Positions 14,205-27,489 of a DNA stretch of 64,000 nt are shown piece by piece (the first letter of the stretch is position 1; each line of letters begins with the position of its first letter). A program made the position numbers and the translations under genes. Location: positions 114,328,001-114,392,000 of the forward strand of contig NC_042998.1 of assembly GCF_006345805.1 (NCBI RefSeq), given 5' to 3'. The DNA is from Octopus sinensis (Eukaryota). A model generated the notes under the pieces. The model was not told the origin of the DNA. It was given only the letters and a program-made list of their open reading frames with translations, and did not search any database.

Positions 14205-14855
14205 TATAATAATGTTTTCAATTTTAGCACAAGGTCAGTAATTTCGGATTCGGGGAGTATGTCAATTACATCGACCGCAGTGCCCATGATAGTTATTTTA
14301 TTGACCCCTGAAAGGGATAAAAAGTGAAGTCGACCCCGGCGGAATTTGAACTTCAGAATGTAAAGATGAGCGAAATACCTATTTCTTTACTACCCACAAG
14401 GGGGGCTACACACAGAGGGGACAAACAAGGACAGACAAACGGATTAAGCCTATTAGATCCACCCCAGTGCGTAAATGATACTTATTTCATCGACCCCGAA
14501 AGAATGAAAGGCGAAGTCGACCTCGGCGGAATTTGAACTCAGAACGTAGCGGCAGACGAAATACCCATTTCTTTACTACCTACAAGGGGCTAAACACAGA
14601 GAGTACAAACAGGGACAGACAAACGGATTAAGTCGATTATATCGACCCTAGTGTGTAACTGGTACTTATTTAATCGATCCCGAAAGGATGAAAGGCAAAG
14701 TCAACCGCCGTGGAATTTGAACTCCGAAGGTAGCGGTAGACGAAATACCGCTAAGCATTTCCCCCGGCGTGCTAACGATTCTGCCAGCTCACCGCCTTGA
14801 TGGACGAAATACCACTAAGCATGTTGTCCATCGTGATAACGATTCTGCCAGCTTG
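14205..14855 (-). mobile_element. SINE family A tandem trimer (about 186-bp period)
   Basis: Three SINE bodies joined by the same linker (cctatttctttactacccacaagg..ggacagacaaacggattaag) as at 11315-11881. Confidence 0.85.
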
Positions 14856-16130
14856 CAAGCTTAATAATTTTCAGCAATTCGGCTGTAAATGATGAAGCCT
14901 GCCACTGGCTGGCATCCTGTTCAGAGGGAACGTTGCGATCTCGGTTACTTACACGCCATGAAAATCGAGTAACAGGCCCTAGGACTCGATACAGCATTTA
15001 GCTACTTATGCTTTCATATTTCTTACTGAGACGATCTTGAGAATTTGTGGAAGGAGTTAGTTGATGCTCTCAACTCCATTTTTTGCCTGGTACATTATTT
15101 TATCGTCCCAAGACGATGATAACGCAAACATGAATATGAAGAGGCGAACATATACCGCAATGCTTTATGAACTCAACAAATCCATCACCCAAGAATGGTG
15201 CTTTACTTTTTGATTCCGAATGGATGGGAGGCAAACTGATAGCTGCGGAAATTCAATTAAGAATGTACAGAACTGTAAAATGTACTATATTATATTTTGT
15301 CTGACGCACCAACAATTCTGCTAGCTCCAGTAACGATAAACCATGAATGGTATCTACACGTATTTGATCGATCTCCATCAAATTACAGTCAAGTTCCCTC
15401 GAGTCATTCCTCAACTGATTTAAATACGATAGGATCCGTTGCGTGACCAACTTTGATCATAGGTAGGCTCACTTCGACTCCCGTGGTATTTAACCATGTC
15501 AACATCAGAAAACACAGACGCCTCTGCGTGCTCGATAGACTCGTTAGATATAATCGTCAGCTCCAAATCATACCTTAACGTTTGTAAAAAACAAATGCAC
15601 GAGAGAAAAGTTGAGATGGTCATGCTTACAACACTTTCGATTGTAAGTTTCTCACTAAGGGCTGACCTGGAGATAAACAACAGAAGGAACAAAGGGTGTT
15701 CGTGGCATTCGACCATTTTTACATCAGGAAAATACATCGTTCGATAAAAATTTCTCTATTTTAGACGGCAGGGTGCTGTTCAAGGGAGACTAGACTGCTA
15801 TTTCAAGCAAGTCGAGCGACTACATAGGAATATATATTCTCTCGTTGGCTCACGTTCTGCATAGGACCCCCACGTTGTGGACGGTACGTTTAGTTTTTAG
15901 CTGAAGTCAGAATCGGGCAGCTCTGATTGGACGACTTGGTTGGCAAGCATCGCTTCACTATGTTCCTGTCAAATAAATAGACTGACTGTTCAATTGTGTC
16001 CATTGTAAAAGCATTGTGATTGTAGGGAGAGATAATATGACTGGCCACTCGCTGATGGCTGATATGACTGTTCTGTCAGTCGCACACCACTTTGACTATA
16101 AACACAACACGCGCGCACAAACACACACAC

Positions 16131-16213
<83 letters not shown>

Positions 16214-16221
16214 CATACACT

Positions 16222-16252
<31 letters not shown>

Positions 16253-17041
16253 TTACACACACACTTACACACATGCACACTCATAAATATGGCAGTCCTC
16301 TGAGGGGTAATATCAATGTGTACTAAATTTAGTGTGTACGTTTGTGTTTGTGCGTGTGAGTGTGTGTGTGTGTGTGTGTGTGTTGTGTGTGTGTGTGTTT
16401 TGTGTGTTCTAGCGCGTGTGTATGCAAGCACATAATTTGCAAAAACAAGATGAAGAAAATACTGCTCTATACGAAAAGTGTCGTCAAATAAAAGGTGTAA
16501 GAAAAGAAAAGAAAGTCCTCCACAGTCACCGTCCTTGGTAAACGTTTTAACGGCAAATGCAACCCACGCACCGACTGAATCCCTAATGAGAAGTGAAGGG
16601 AAAAACGATAAAACATTAGCAACATGAAGAGACCACTACTACCTGCCTAACAATACTAATACGTCAGTGGCTTTGTGAAAAGATGTGACTTTTTTCTGTC
16701 AAGGCACTTTATAAATATATTTTCTTGAATGTTAACAGAGTATTGCGTGAAATTTGGAGGAGCGATTTGCGATGGCTTCTATTCACAGTGAACATTCAAA
16801 GTGATTACTATTAGTTAGACGCTCAGAGAAAAAAATTATAAAGGGAAAGTTAAGAACGAAAATATGACGTTTCAGACATAGTTCTTCATCACATGCATTC
16901 ATATACAAGTATATGCATATATGTGTTGTGAGTATGTGCGCTCGTGTTTGTCTCTCTCTCTCTCTGTATGTATGTATGTATGTATGTAGGTTTGTAGGTA
17001 GATATCTCTCTCATTTTTTCTCTATAAAATATATCTCAATA

Positions 17042-17073
<32 letters not shown>

Positions 17074-17077
17074 GATA

Positions 17078-17124
<47 letters not shown>

Positions 17125-17143
17125 CGTGACGCCAATTATTACA

Positions 17144-17246
17144 TCACCTGACGAAACACTTCTTCATTGAGGGATGAACCACAACTAGTTTTATAGTTAC
17201 CCACGCGCAGGGATTGATGCAAGATATTTCGAAACGATCGTTATGA
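17144..17246 (+). ncRNA. Degenerate minimal type I hammerhead-like motif
   Basis: CUGACGA at 17148-17154 and GAAA at 17231-17234, followed by palindromic ACGAUCGU and U17. Stem I is 3 of 4 pairs (ucac/auga) and stem II closure is imperfect. Confidence 0.4.
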
Positions 17247-17478
17247 GAAATAAATTTTCCCGTGTATTCCGTCTCTTGTCTCTATCGTTTGTTATATATA
17301 TATATATATATATATTGTTTGAAATAGAAAGATGAATTTTCTTGTAACAGATTATTCAAAGGTTTAACCGATACCTTGGGTAGCAAAAATCACAGCGGAA
17401 AACAGCACGGTTGGAGATAAGACCATTTGGGTTTTGCAACCGTGCGTTGGAGCGGATAATTGAAGTTTAATATTATTA

Positions 17479-17955
<477 letters not shown>

Positions 17956-17987
17956 TGTATGTATGTATATGTACATATATATATATA

Positions 17988-18140
17988 AACTCTCTGTTTA
18001 TTTCCTCATATTCCTTTCTGTTGAAGAGCGTAGGCTCAAAACTTAATAAATACTTCCTCACTTTCTCGAGCGTCAAACTGATACACCTGCTAGTTGTTCA
18101 TACACCTGTTTTCGTCTTTTGTTTTTCTGTAAATTTGAGA
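17988..18140 (+). mobile_element. Short TA-flanked repeat, same family as 40773-40925
   Basis: Shares ttctgttgaagagcgtaggctc..aaac and acacctgt.ttcgtcttttgtttttctgtaaattt with the reverse complement of 40773-40925. Confidence 0.75.
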
Positions 18141-18209
18141 TATATATGTATATATATATATATATATATATTACTAGAATGGGAGGCATTGCATTGCTGT
18201 GTCATATTA

Positions 18210-18355
18210 TGAGCCATTACGTTCTCAATTTAAATTCCACCGAGGTCAACGTTGACTTTCATCTTCCGGAGGTCGATAAAATAAAATACCTTTCACGTAC
18301 CCATGGCACTTTAATCGATTAAGACTTCCTTGCAAATGTTTGGCCTTGTGCCTAT
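18210..18355 (+). mobile_element. SINE family A, partial
   Basis: tacgttctcaatttaaattccaccgaggtcaacgttgactttcatcttccggaggtcgataaaataa...ggccttgtgcc. Confidence 0.7.
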
Positions 18356-18717
18356 ATAAGTTTTTCTATTGTTATTGTAAGTCTTGTTGATGATGCTGGC
18401 AGCTGGTAATGAAGTTGATGTCGTTGTTGCTTAAACGCAGCTCTTCAATCCTGCGTGAGCTGATGTATTATCAAAGATGTTGCAGCCGTGACCATCCGGT
18501 CGATTTTATATATTCAGAAATATATTGTCCTATGTTTCTTTCATTCTTTAGAAAGTAGAATATGATTTGAGATATTACAAGCAGATTAAGGGAACGTTCA
18601 GAGGTTCGTTCGTTGGGTGGTGCTGATGGCATTAGTCGTAGTTGGAATAATGACGATGATGATAACATTATGGCAGTCGTCGTCGTCGTGATCATCATCA
18701 TCATCATCATCATCATC

Positions 18718-18771
<54 letters not shown>

Positions 18772-18971
18772 CATCATCATCATCATAATCATCATCATCA
18801 TCATCACTGTCAACATCAGCCGTAGCAACAGTAACAGCAGTTTTAGTTGCAATAGCAGTAACAGCAGTTTTATTTCAATAACAGTAATATAATTAAGGAT
18901 AATTCATAGAAGAACTACAGCAGTAGCAGCAACAACAACGTTGATGAAAAATTCTTAGAAAAAGAGAAAAT

Positions 18972-19483
18972 ACATGTAAACGTGGTTGTGTGGTAAGAAG
19001 TTTACTTCCCAACCACATGGATCCGGGTTCAGTCCTAATGCGTGGCAATCTGAGCAAGTGTCTTCAATTACAGCCAAAGCTGAGCAAAGCCTTGTGAGTG
19101 GATTTGGTAGACGGAAACTGAAAGAAGTCTGTCGTATACACACACATACACACACACATATATGTGTGTATGTAAGTGTGTTTTACGCGCGCGCGCGCGC
19201 GCGCGTGTGTGTGTGTGCGTGTGTGCGTGTAGAGTGTGTGTATATGTGCGTGTGTTTGTATGTGTACGTATCTTTGTGTCTGTTTGTCACCCATTACACC
19301 TTAACAACTGGTGTTCGTGTGTTTACGTCTTCATAACTAGCAGTTCAGCACAAGTAACCGATATAATAAATACCGGTCTTAAAAAAGAGATATACAGGGA
19401 TAGATTCATTCGACGAAAATTCCTCAAGGTGGTGCCCCAGCATGGCCGCAGTCTAAAGACCGAAACAATTAAAACATGATAAG
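18972..19483 (+). mobile_element. tRNA-derived SINE family B, full length with internal microsatellite
   Basis: Head gtggttgtgtggtaag..ccgggttcagtcc (A/B-box like), core gtgagtggatttggtagacggaaactgaaagaag, tail ggtgccccagcatggccgcagtc. Confidence 0.85.
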
Positions 19484-19596
19484 TTAAAGTTTTTCTCTGC
19501 TATATTGGTCGCATATTGAACTTGTATCATACACATCTTGCCTACCATTGTCATTGTCACTACCGATTCATCTAACCAACGATTGAGCCTCTATAT

Positions 19597-19719
19597 CAGT
19601 GGTTCCCAAAGTGGGCAGTATTGAAGAGGGGTCTATGTTTGTGATAGTTGGGATGGAGGCGCTAGTAATGTGGCCTGGGTGTCAAGGGGCCTTATCCCGA
19701 AAATACTTGGAAACCACTG
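19597..19719. mobile_element. hAT-type MITE, 123 bp
   Basis: TIRs CAGTGGTTCCCAA and TTGGAAACCACTG with a perfect 8-bp TSD CTCTATAT (19589-19596 and 19720-19727). Confidence 0.85.
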
Positions 19720-19792
19720 CTCTATATCATTACTCGACCTACATGGAATGGAAACAATATTCTCTTACCAACTTGGTAAAGACATGTTATAA

Positions 19793-20040
19793 CAGTGTTC
19801 CTCAACCATTTTCTACCCGAGGATACCTTTGATTTCTATTTTACTCAGATGGACTCTCCTAGCTATTCGATGTTTTAAAAAATCATATATTTTTATAATT
19901 AAATATTATTAGAAATTATATTTAAAATAATTGTTAAAATATTTTGTGAATTGCAGAATTATAACAACTTTATTGAAGATTAACCACAAAATCGTTTATG
20001 GACCCCGAAGGACCATATGGATTCCGGTTGAGGACCACTG
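19793..20040. mobile_element. hAT (Charlie/Buster-like) MITE, 248 bp
   Basis: TIRs CAGTGTTCCTCAACC and GGTTGAGGACCACTG; flanks tgttataa/cgctagaa match 5 of 8 as an eroded TSD. Confidence 0.7.
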
Positions 20041-20858
20041 CGCTAGAAAGCATAGTCCTCGTTTCTTAGTACACAGGAAAGAATATTAGAATGATCATAT
20101 CTTGATTGTTTTGTTTGATTATGGCTTACCTGGGATTGAACAGCAACTAGTGTTTCATCATATAAAACGTCTTACATTACTTCATTTCTCTTCTTTTCTC
20201 TCGTCCTCCCTTTCTCACCTTTATCTATCTCTTTAACCTCTATCTGCCTGTCTACCGATCTGTTTGTCTGTTGTCTATCTATCGTCTTCATGTCTCTCTT
20301 TTTCTCCTTCCACCCATTCATGTTAATGACAAAAGCTCATCAATGCTAAATTAAGCACCCTAAGAATCTACTTCATCATGAGAGAGCACACATACTCTCA
20401 CTACGAAGAAATTCAAGGTGGTCATGGGAAGAATGCTTTCATTATATGTCCTTTCAATTATATTAAGGTCTATAAGTTGTATATTAAATAAACTAACTTA
20501 TTAATTAACTACAACCATAATTCTCTTGAAGAAGTTATGATACATTGAAAGCTGTCAAGTGACCTTACTCCACATGCAATTTTTCTGCAATTTCAATATT
20601 CAACCCCCAAAATAACACTCCTATACCACGAATATCTATACCTCTTTTCCCCCCACCTCATATCGTGACAATCTACATATGTCATGCCTGTCTTGCTAGA
20701 AATCTCTCCATTCGTAATCACTATTATGCTGCGTGTCTCCATACAGCTCATTCGTACCATGACAAGAGCCTTTACATATGACAGGTATACAATGCTAGGG
20801 AATATTTATGCATGTTACCCTTGCCATATATATATGTATCTCTCTCTCTCTCTCTTTA

Positions 20859-20915
<57 letters not shown>

Positions 20916-22189
20916 AGTTATTTTTATTTGGCGGTACTAGCAAACACAATGTTTCATAGAGGAGGTCTAATAAGTCCTAAGCATTTAGTAAATTGTTACT
21001 GTCCTGCCAAGATCAAACCCATTCCTCAGAGAATTGTTGATATTCTATTTTTAGTTGATTTTATTAAATTAAGTTTCGGCTTTATTTCCCTCGCCGTTTT
21101 CGACTAGATTTAATTAAGCTAACGAGTATTTAAGAGGGGAATTTTAATTAACTGTAATTTTTTTGCTCACTACATTATGCATATCATTGTCTACTAGCCT
21201 TACTATTTTGTTTTCATGCTGTGAGTGTCCCTGAGTAACTTTGTCTCCTTTTTCTATTCTGTATAAAATATCATTAAATGAAATTGAAATCAAGTCCTGA
21301 AATCGGCTTGCCAGGGGCTAATATTAACTTTATGAACCTCAGAACCCTAAAAGATGATACTCTGGGAATCAACTTTAATTTCTAAAGGATATTTGAGAAG
21401 AAGCTGTCACTAATGTTTTAGGTGTATATAATAGTTTGAATACAATCTCAATTATTGAGTGAGCACGATTACAGCATATGACTGCAATTTGAATGGGGAG
21501 GAATTTCGTACAATCTCCTGCGGGATATCATAAATAAATTAAGCCGGAGGGCAGTGCCATTCAAACTCTTAACAGTTTCATTTATATTCCGATACCAAGT
21601 CCTTCCCTTTCGTTTTCCCGCAAGACCTACTGTGACACGCTCGTTGCTTGTCTAGTAGCAGCTAACGTTATTGTCGCTGCTACTGCTGCTGCTGTTACCA
21701 CTGCTGCTTCTGACGCTGCTGTTTCTGCTGCTAATGCCGTTATTATTGACGTTGCTATTGTTACAGACGTTTCCAACGTTGTCAAAACAAACACCACCTT
21801 CAACTGTATGAAATAATACCACAAAAATTACTAACAGAACCACTACTGTGGCTTCAAATTCTCGTTTACACAGCTTCAACTTGTAGAAGAGCTTTGTGTC
21901 TTAATGAGAATCTGAATATATTAATGGTACTTATTTTATTTCCACCCTAACCTGCATTACAATAAAAGGGGGCGATGGAGGGGAAAAGAAATGTATTCTG
22001 CAATTTCGACAGGATTTGAACTCAGGATGTACTGTGACGTTTCGTTATGCACTACAAGGATTTCTTTCCTGTGGGGTACCTGATGTTATTCACTATCGTC
22101 AACAAAACCCTTATAATTACTGATACAATGATTTTTAGCAAATGATCATCACATTCACCACCACCAAAAAACATTGCCACCACCACCGC

Positions 22190-22288
22190 CCGGTGTACCC
22201 TTATCAGACGGGCAGTCATGATGGGTATACTGAGTTTCGCATATTTTACCCCAGTGTCACTTTGATGACATGCACTGCTCTCTCACTC
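22190..22288 (+). mobile_element. 3'-terminal fragment of the element at 24583-25134
   Basis: About 100 bp near-identical to 25037-25134 (ggtgtacc.ttatcagacggg.agtcatgatgggtata..ctgctctctcactc), followed by an AAC/AAT tail. Confidence 0.85.
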
Positions 22289-22335
22289 AATAACAACAAC
22301 AACAACAACAACAACACAACAACAACAACAAAAAC

Positions 22336-22416
<81 letters not shown>

Positions 22417-22417
<1 letters not shown>

Positions 22418-22875
22418 CAAAGATCCCATGGGATTTATGATTCAATGCGACCATGTGATAGAAAATAGGAAACCAGACAGTATTAATTGAGAAAGAAAGC
22501 AAGCGACGCTGGATAATAGATATAGCATGCCCAGCTGACAACAAGGTATGCGATAAGAAACAAAGAAAAGTCGAAAGATATGACAGGTTAACTTAGGAGG
22601 TAAAGCAGTTGTGGTCGATGAAAAAGGTGGTAGTAGTACCAATAATTGTCGGAGCCCTGGGAACAGTGAGTAAAAATCTTGAGAAGTACATGGAACAAAT
22701 GGTGGCTGCAATAAGGGTGGAGCATTTGCAGAAAACAGCACTGCTTGGAACCGCTCGAATACTCCTGATGGTGCTCAAAAAAGTGGCGTTACCTTAGTTC
22801 ACTGGTAGTGAACAGCTGGCACCGTAGTACATCTCCAGCGTTAGAAGCTGTGCAAAGATAATAAATAATGATAAT
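22417..22875 (+). mobile_element. 5'-truncated R4/Dong-like LINE 3' end (REL endonuclease) within (AAT)n
   Basis: KIPWDF.IQCDHVIENRKPD..IIDIACPADNKVCDK..WSMKKVVVVPIIVGALGTVSKNLEKY..LQKTALLGTARIL; AAT repeats on both sides. Confidence 0.85.
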
Positions 22876-22879
22876 ATCC

Positions 22880-23815
22880 ATTTAGGTACATGGCCTGGAT
22901 CTTTGGTGGTGATGATGGGGCGGGGATAGTATATTTCATCGATCTACAATATTCAACTGGTATCTATTTTATCGACCTCTGCGGAATTTGACCCCAGAGT
23001 GCTGTTGGTTCTGCCATCTCACCGCCTTTATGAAAATACTGATAATTATAATAATGATTACAAATTTTGGTATCAGGTCAGCAAGTTCAGGTGAGGGGTT
23101 AAGTCGATGACATCGACCCCAGTGCGTAACTGGTACTTAATTTATCGACCCCGAAAGGATGAAAGGTAAAGTCGACCTCGGTGGAATTTGAACTGAGAAC
23201 GTAAGGACGGACGAAATACCGCTAAGCATTTTGCCTAGAGTGATAACGATTCTGCAAGCTCGCAGCCTTAACAACAACAACAGCAACAGCAGCGACAACA
23301 ACAACAACAACAACAACAACAATAACAACGACAACAGCAACAACAAGGGCACTCAGAGAGCGCACACCTCCGGCACGGCAACACCAACGTTCTTTCAACG
23401 ATTAACCAGAGATGACTTTTAAAATGAGAATTTCTGAAATAAATTCGACTGCTCTCACAAAGGAGAATACTAAAAATGAACCCGACCGCTTTCAAGAATT
23501 AAGTAAAAAAAAAAAAGGAAAAATAATCCGGAATCCACCTTCGCTAAGATAGTAGTAGTAGTAGTAGTAATAATAATAATAATAATGATAATAATAATAA
23601 CGGTTTCAAATTTTCGCACATTGTCATCTGTTTCAGAGGAGGCAGTTAGTCGATTACATCGACCCCGGCTGCTCAACTGTAACTCGTTTTATCGACCCCG
23701 AAAGGATGAAAGGCAAAGACGATCTCGGTGGAATTTTGAACTCAGAACATAAAGACGGACGAAATGACGTATAGCATTTTACCCGGCATGCTAACAATTC
23801 TGCCAGTCCGCCTAT
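22880..23815 (-). mobile_element. Three SINE family A copies separated by CAA/AAT microsatellites
   Basis: Copies at about 22880-23030 (eroded), 23055-23268 and 23590-23815 with the gtcgacctcgg.ggaatttgaact motif. Confidence 0.75.
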
Positions 23816-23834
23816 AATAATGATAATAATAATA

Positions 23835-23881
<47 letters not shown>

Positions 23882-23940
23882 TAATAATAATAATAATGAT
23901 GATGATAATAATAATAATAATAATAATGATGATGATAATG

Positions 23941-23995
<55 letters not shown>

Positions 23996-24045
23996 TAATA
24001 ATGATAATAATAATAATAATGATAATAATAATAATAATAATAATG

Positions 24046-24087
<42 letters not shown>

Positions 24088-24166
24088 TAATAATAATAAT
24101 AATAATGATAATATAATAATAATGATGATGATAATAATAATAATAATAATAATGATGATGACAATG

Positions 24167-24208
<42 letters not shown>

Positions 24209-24266
24209 TAATAATGATAATAATGATAATAATAATAATAATGATAATAATAATAATAAAATAATG

Positions 24267-24337
<71 letters not shown>

Positions 24338-24391
24338 AATAATAATATAAAATATAATAATAACAATAATAATAATAATATAATAATAATA

Positions 24392-24424
<33 letters not shown>

Positions 24425-24480
24425 TAATAATAATAATAATGATGATGATAATAATAATAATAATAATAATAATGATGATA

Positions 24481-24513
<33 letters not shown>

Positions 24514-24582
24514 TAATAATAATAATGATATAATGATAATAATAATAATATGATAAAATAATGATAATAATAAAATAATAAT
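23816..24582. repeat. Very long (AAT)n/(GAT)n tract, about 770 bp
   Basis: Direct reading. Confidence 0.95.
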
Positions 24583-25134
24583 GCCCTGATGCAGTACCAG
24601 GCAGTGGCTCTCATGGCTTCTGATCTTAACTGATTGGAAGTGTTATCATGTACATTGTTTTGTCTTGGTATAAAAGATGGGCTACAGCAAATATTCTGCT
24701 CAATACCACAGATTTGCTTGTCAGTTGTTTGACCTTAACCAGTTGAGCATGTCCCTTAGTGCTGACGATATGTACATCTCTGATCACGAGCAGAAGTAGT
24801 GGGGAGCATCATAGCCATGTGTTGAGAGGGATTCTTTGGGGTTTGAATAGTTCACCTCTGGAAACATGGGTGGTTCTTTCAACATCCTTAAACAACCCTT
24901 ATTCAGGGACCGTTTGAGCGGGATGGGCTACTCAACCTGAAGAAAATTCTAACTGGGCCCCACCTGCAAGGTCATGTGCTGTTTATCTTGATATGAGATC
25001 ACCATGTCGTTCAGATATGGTTGTGATGCATGTGCCTGGTGTACCTTTATCAGACGGGTAGTCATGATGGGTATATTGGGCTTCGTATATTTTACCCCAG
25101 TGTCACTTTGATGGCATGAACTGCTCTCTCACTC
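24583..25134 (+). mobile_element. 552-bp non-coding interspersed repeat embedded in (AAT)n, probable LINE 3' UTR or derived SINE
   Basis: AAT tracts on both sides, no ORF, and its last 100 bp recur at 22190-22288, also followed by AAT. Confidence 0.6.
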
Positions 25135-25192
25135 AATGATAATAAAATAATATAATAATATAATAATGATGATGATGATGATGATAATAATA

Positions 25193-25225
<33 letters not shown>

Positions 25226-25274
25226 TAATATAATAATAATAACAACATAATAATATAATAATAATATAATAATA

Positions 25275-25309
<35 letters not shown>

Positions 25310-25766
25310 GTAATAATAGTTAATGAGTGTCATTCTTTTTATTTCGACGAATACAGGTTACAACTTTCGAAATATTTGTGCCTAATTTTGACTAAGTCAA
25401 CGAAACCGACATCATTGTTATTACTAATGCGCTGATAAAAGATTTAAAAAGCGTATGTCCAATAAATATGGGTCATATCGAAACTGCAAGGGATCTGGTG
25501 ATGGTCTTCTGCGTTAGCATTAATTATTTCACAAGAGAATTCAGAGGGGAGTTCAAAAGGTTTAAATACTGCATGTGGTGTGGAATAACCCGACGGCAAT
25601 TGGACTGAATGAACTTTGCTACAAATTCTCTTGTGTCTCAGAAAATACACTGGCTAGCTTACAGAAATAGAAAGAAAAAATCGTGTATAATTTTGGCAGG
25701 GTAGAAGGCTCACGATACACTAGATTAACTCCATGACTAATGAGTTTAGCCAAAAGGTTACAATAT

Positions 25767-25871
<105 letters not shown>

Positions 25872-27489
25872 TTCGAAAGCCTTTGCTGAAATCGAAATTC
25901 CCAAAAGTTTGTTATCACCGTCTATAGTGGTTGTTGTTGCTACTGTTGCTGCTGTTGTTTAATCAGCCGAAGCCAACCTATCAATGTAAGCAACATTCAA
26001 CAAGAGCATCAGAATAAGAATAATGATACAAAACAAAACAAAACAAACTACTCTTACTGTGCCGATTCAACGAGACATAAACACACAAAGCCATTTGATG
26101 GTCGATTATATTTTGAAGTGATGTTTTACTGTAAATGACCCTGGAAGAATGAAAAGCAAAGTTGACACCTCCGGAGTTTGAACTTAAAATGAATAACATC
26201 TTATAATAATTCTGCTTGTCTCACCGTTACTTAGCCCGTCTGTAACGCTTCCAAGTGATTAGTTGAAGGGGCGTGGTGGGGAGGGTTAGAGGAGGGGTGG
26301 GTAAGAAATGGGAGAGAGACAGTGGAGGGAGAGGAGGAGGAATAGGTGGGGGCTAGTGAAATGTGTAATTTTTTTCTTTTGAACTGTTTTTTCCTCCGTT
26401 ACTTAGCCCGTCTGTAATGCATTCACGTGATTAGTTGAAAGGAGATGCAAAAAAGCAAAAGAAAAGGGAAAGAAAAGGAGGTTAAGGCGAAAGGTGAGAG
26501 AACAAAAGGTAGAATATTGTATATCAAGTCTATAAAATTGAGTATATAATGTATTCCATTATCGTATTCCAGTTTCAGTGATTTTTCAATGATTAGCAGA
26601 TGGACAACTACCTTTTTATACAGACCCAACAAAAGCTACGATTTCAGGCCTTTTGGATAAAGTTTTCAGAAATAATCCAATAAGTGAAATATTCTCTTGT
26701 GTCTCTGAATATACACTGGCTAGCTTACAGAAATAGAAAAAAAAATGGTGTATAAATTTAGTATAACTAAATATCGCATGATACTCTGTCGGTCACACTA
26801 CTGTATACGTTAAACAGCTGTAATGAATTGTGTGGTAATGCTCCTACTATTTAAGACCATCTTAAGAATAACATTTTAAGCCTTTCTAATTTTTAGCACA
26901 ATTTTGAGGAGTGAGCAAGTTGAGTACAACGACCTCATTATTTGACTGGTACTTTATTTTATCAACCCCGAGTGGATGAAAGGCAAAATCAACCATTGTG
27001 ACATTAGTTTTTCCAGCGCACTCAATATTCTACCAGCTTGGGGATTTAATAGTTCCAAAATCTAATACAAACCAAGCTATTTTTGAGAGAGTAGCGTACT
27101 CGATAACATCAACCCAAGTACTAGACTAGTACTTATTTTATTCACCATTAAGGGTTCACAAAAATAGTTCATGACTTAAATCAAACAAGAAATAATTCCC
27201 TGAAAGGTGACGATCTCCGATTGTAATTTTGTGGAAACTCCACAAAATTACAACCACCCTTATCTCAAAGCAAGTGTTCTCTTCCTACACTCCCTTAATC
27301 TACAAGCATATGCTCAGAGTAGACTCGACCACTCAGACCATCCTTACCGCTCTCATTTACTTTTCCACATGTTTGTTGTGAAGCAGCACTTTCCTCTTTA
27401 GTTTAGGTGTCTGTCTTCATTTCCTTCGGTATTGTCTACCACAAATCATCTTTCACTAAAGATAGCAAACAAATGAAAACTGTCTCTCC

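Noticed and set aside
21225-21320. CUGAGUA..GUCCU-GAAA-UCGGC hammerhead look-alike
   Set aside because: Core, stem II and stem III are each imperfect.
26600-26740. LADGQLPFYTDPTKATISGLLDKVF, reminiscent of a kinase subdomain IX-X
   Set aside because: A stop lies just upstream, there are no other kinase motifs, and no credible splice boundaries.
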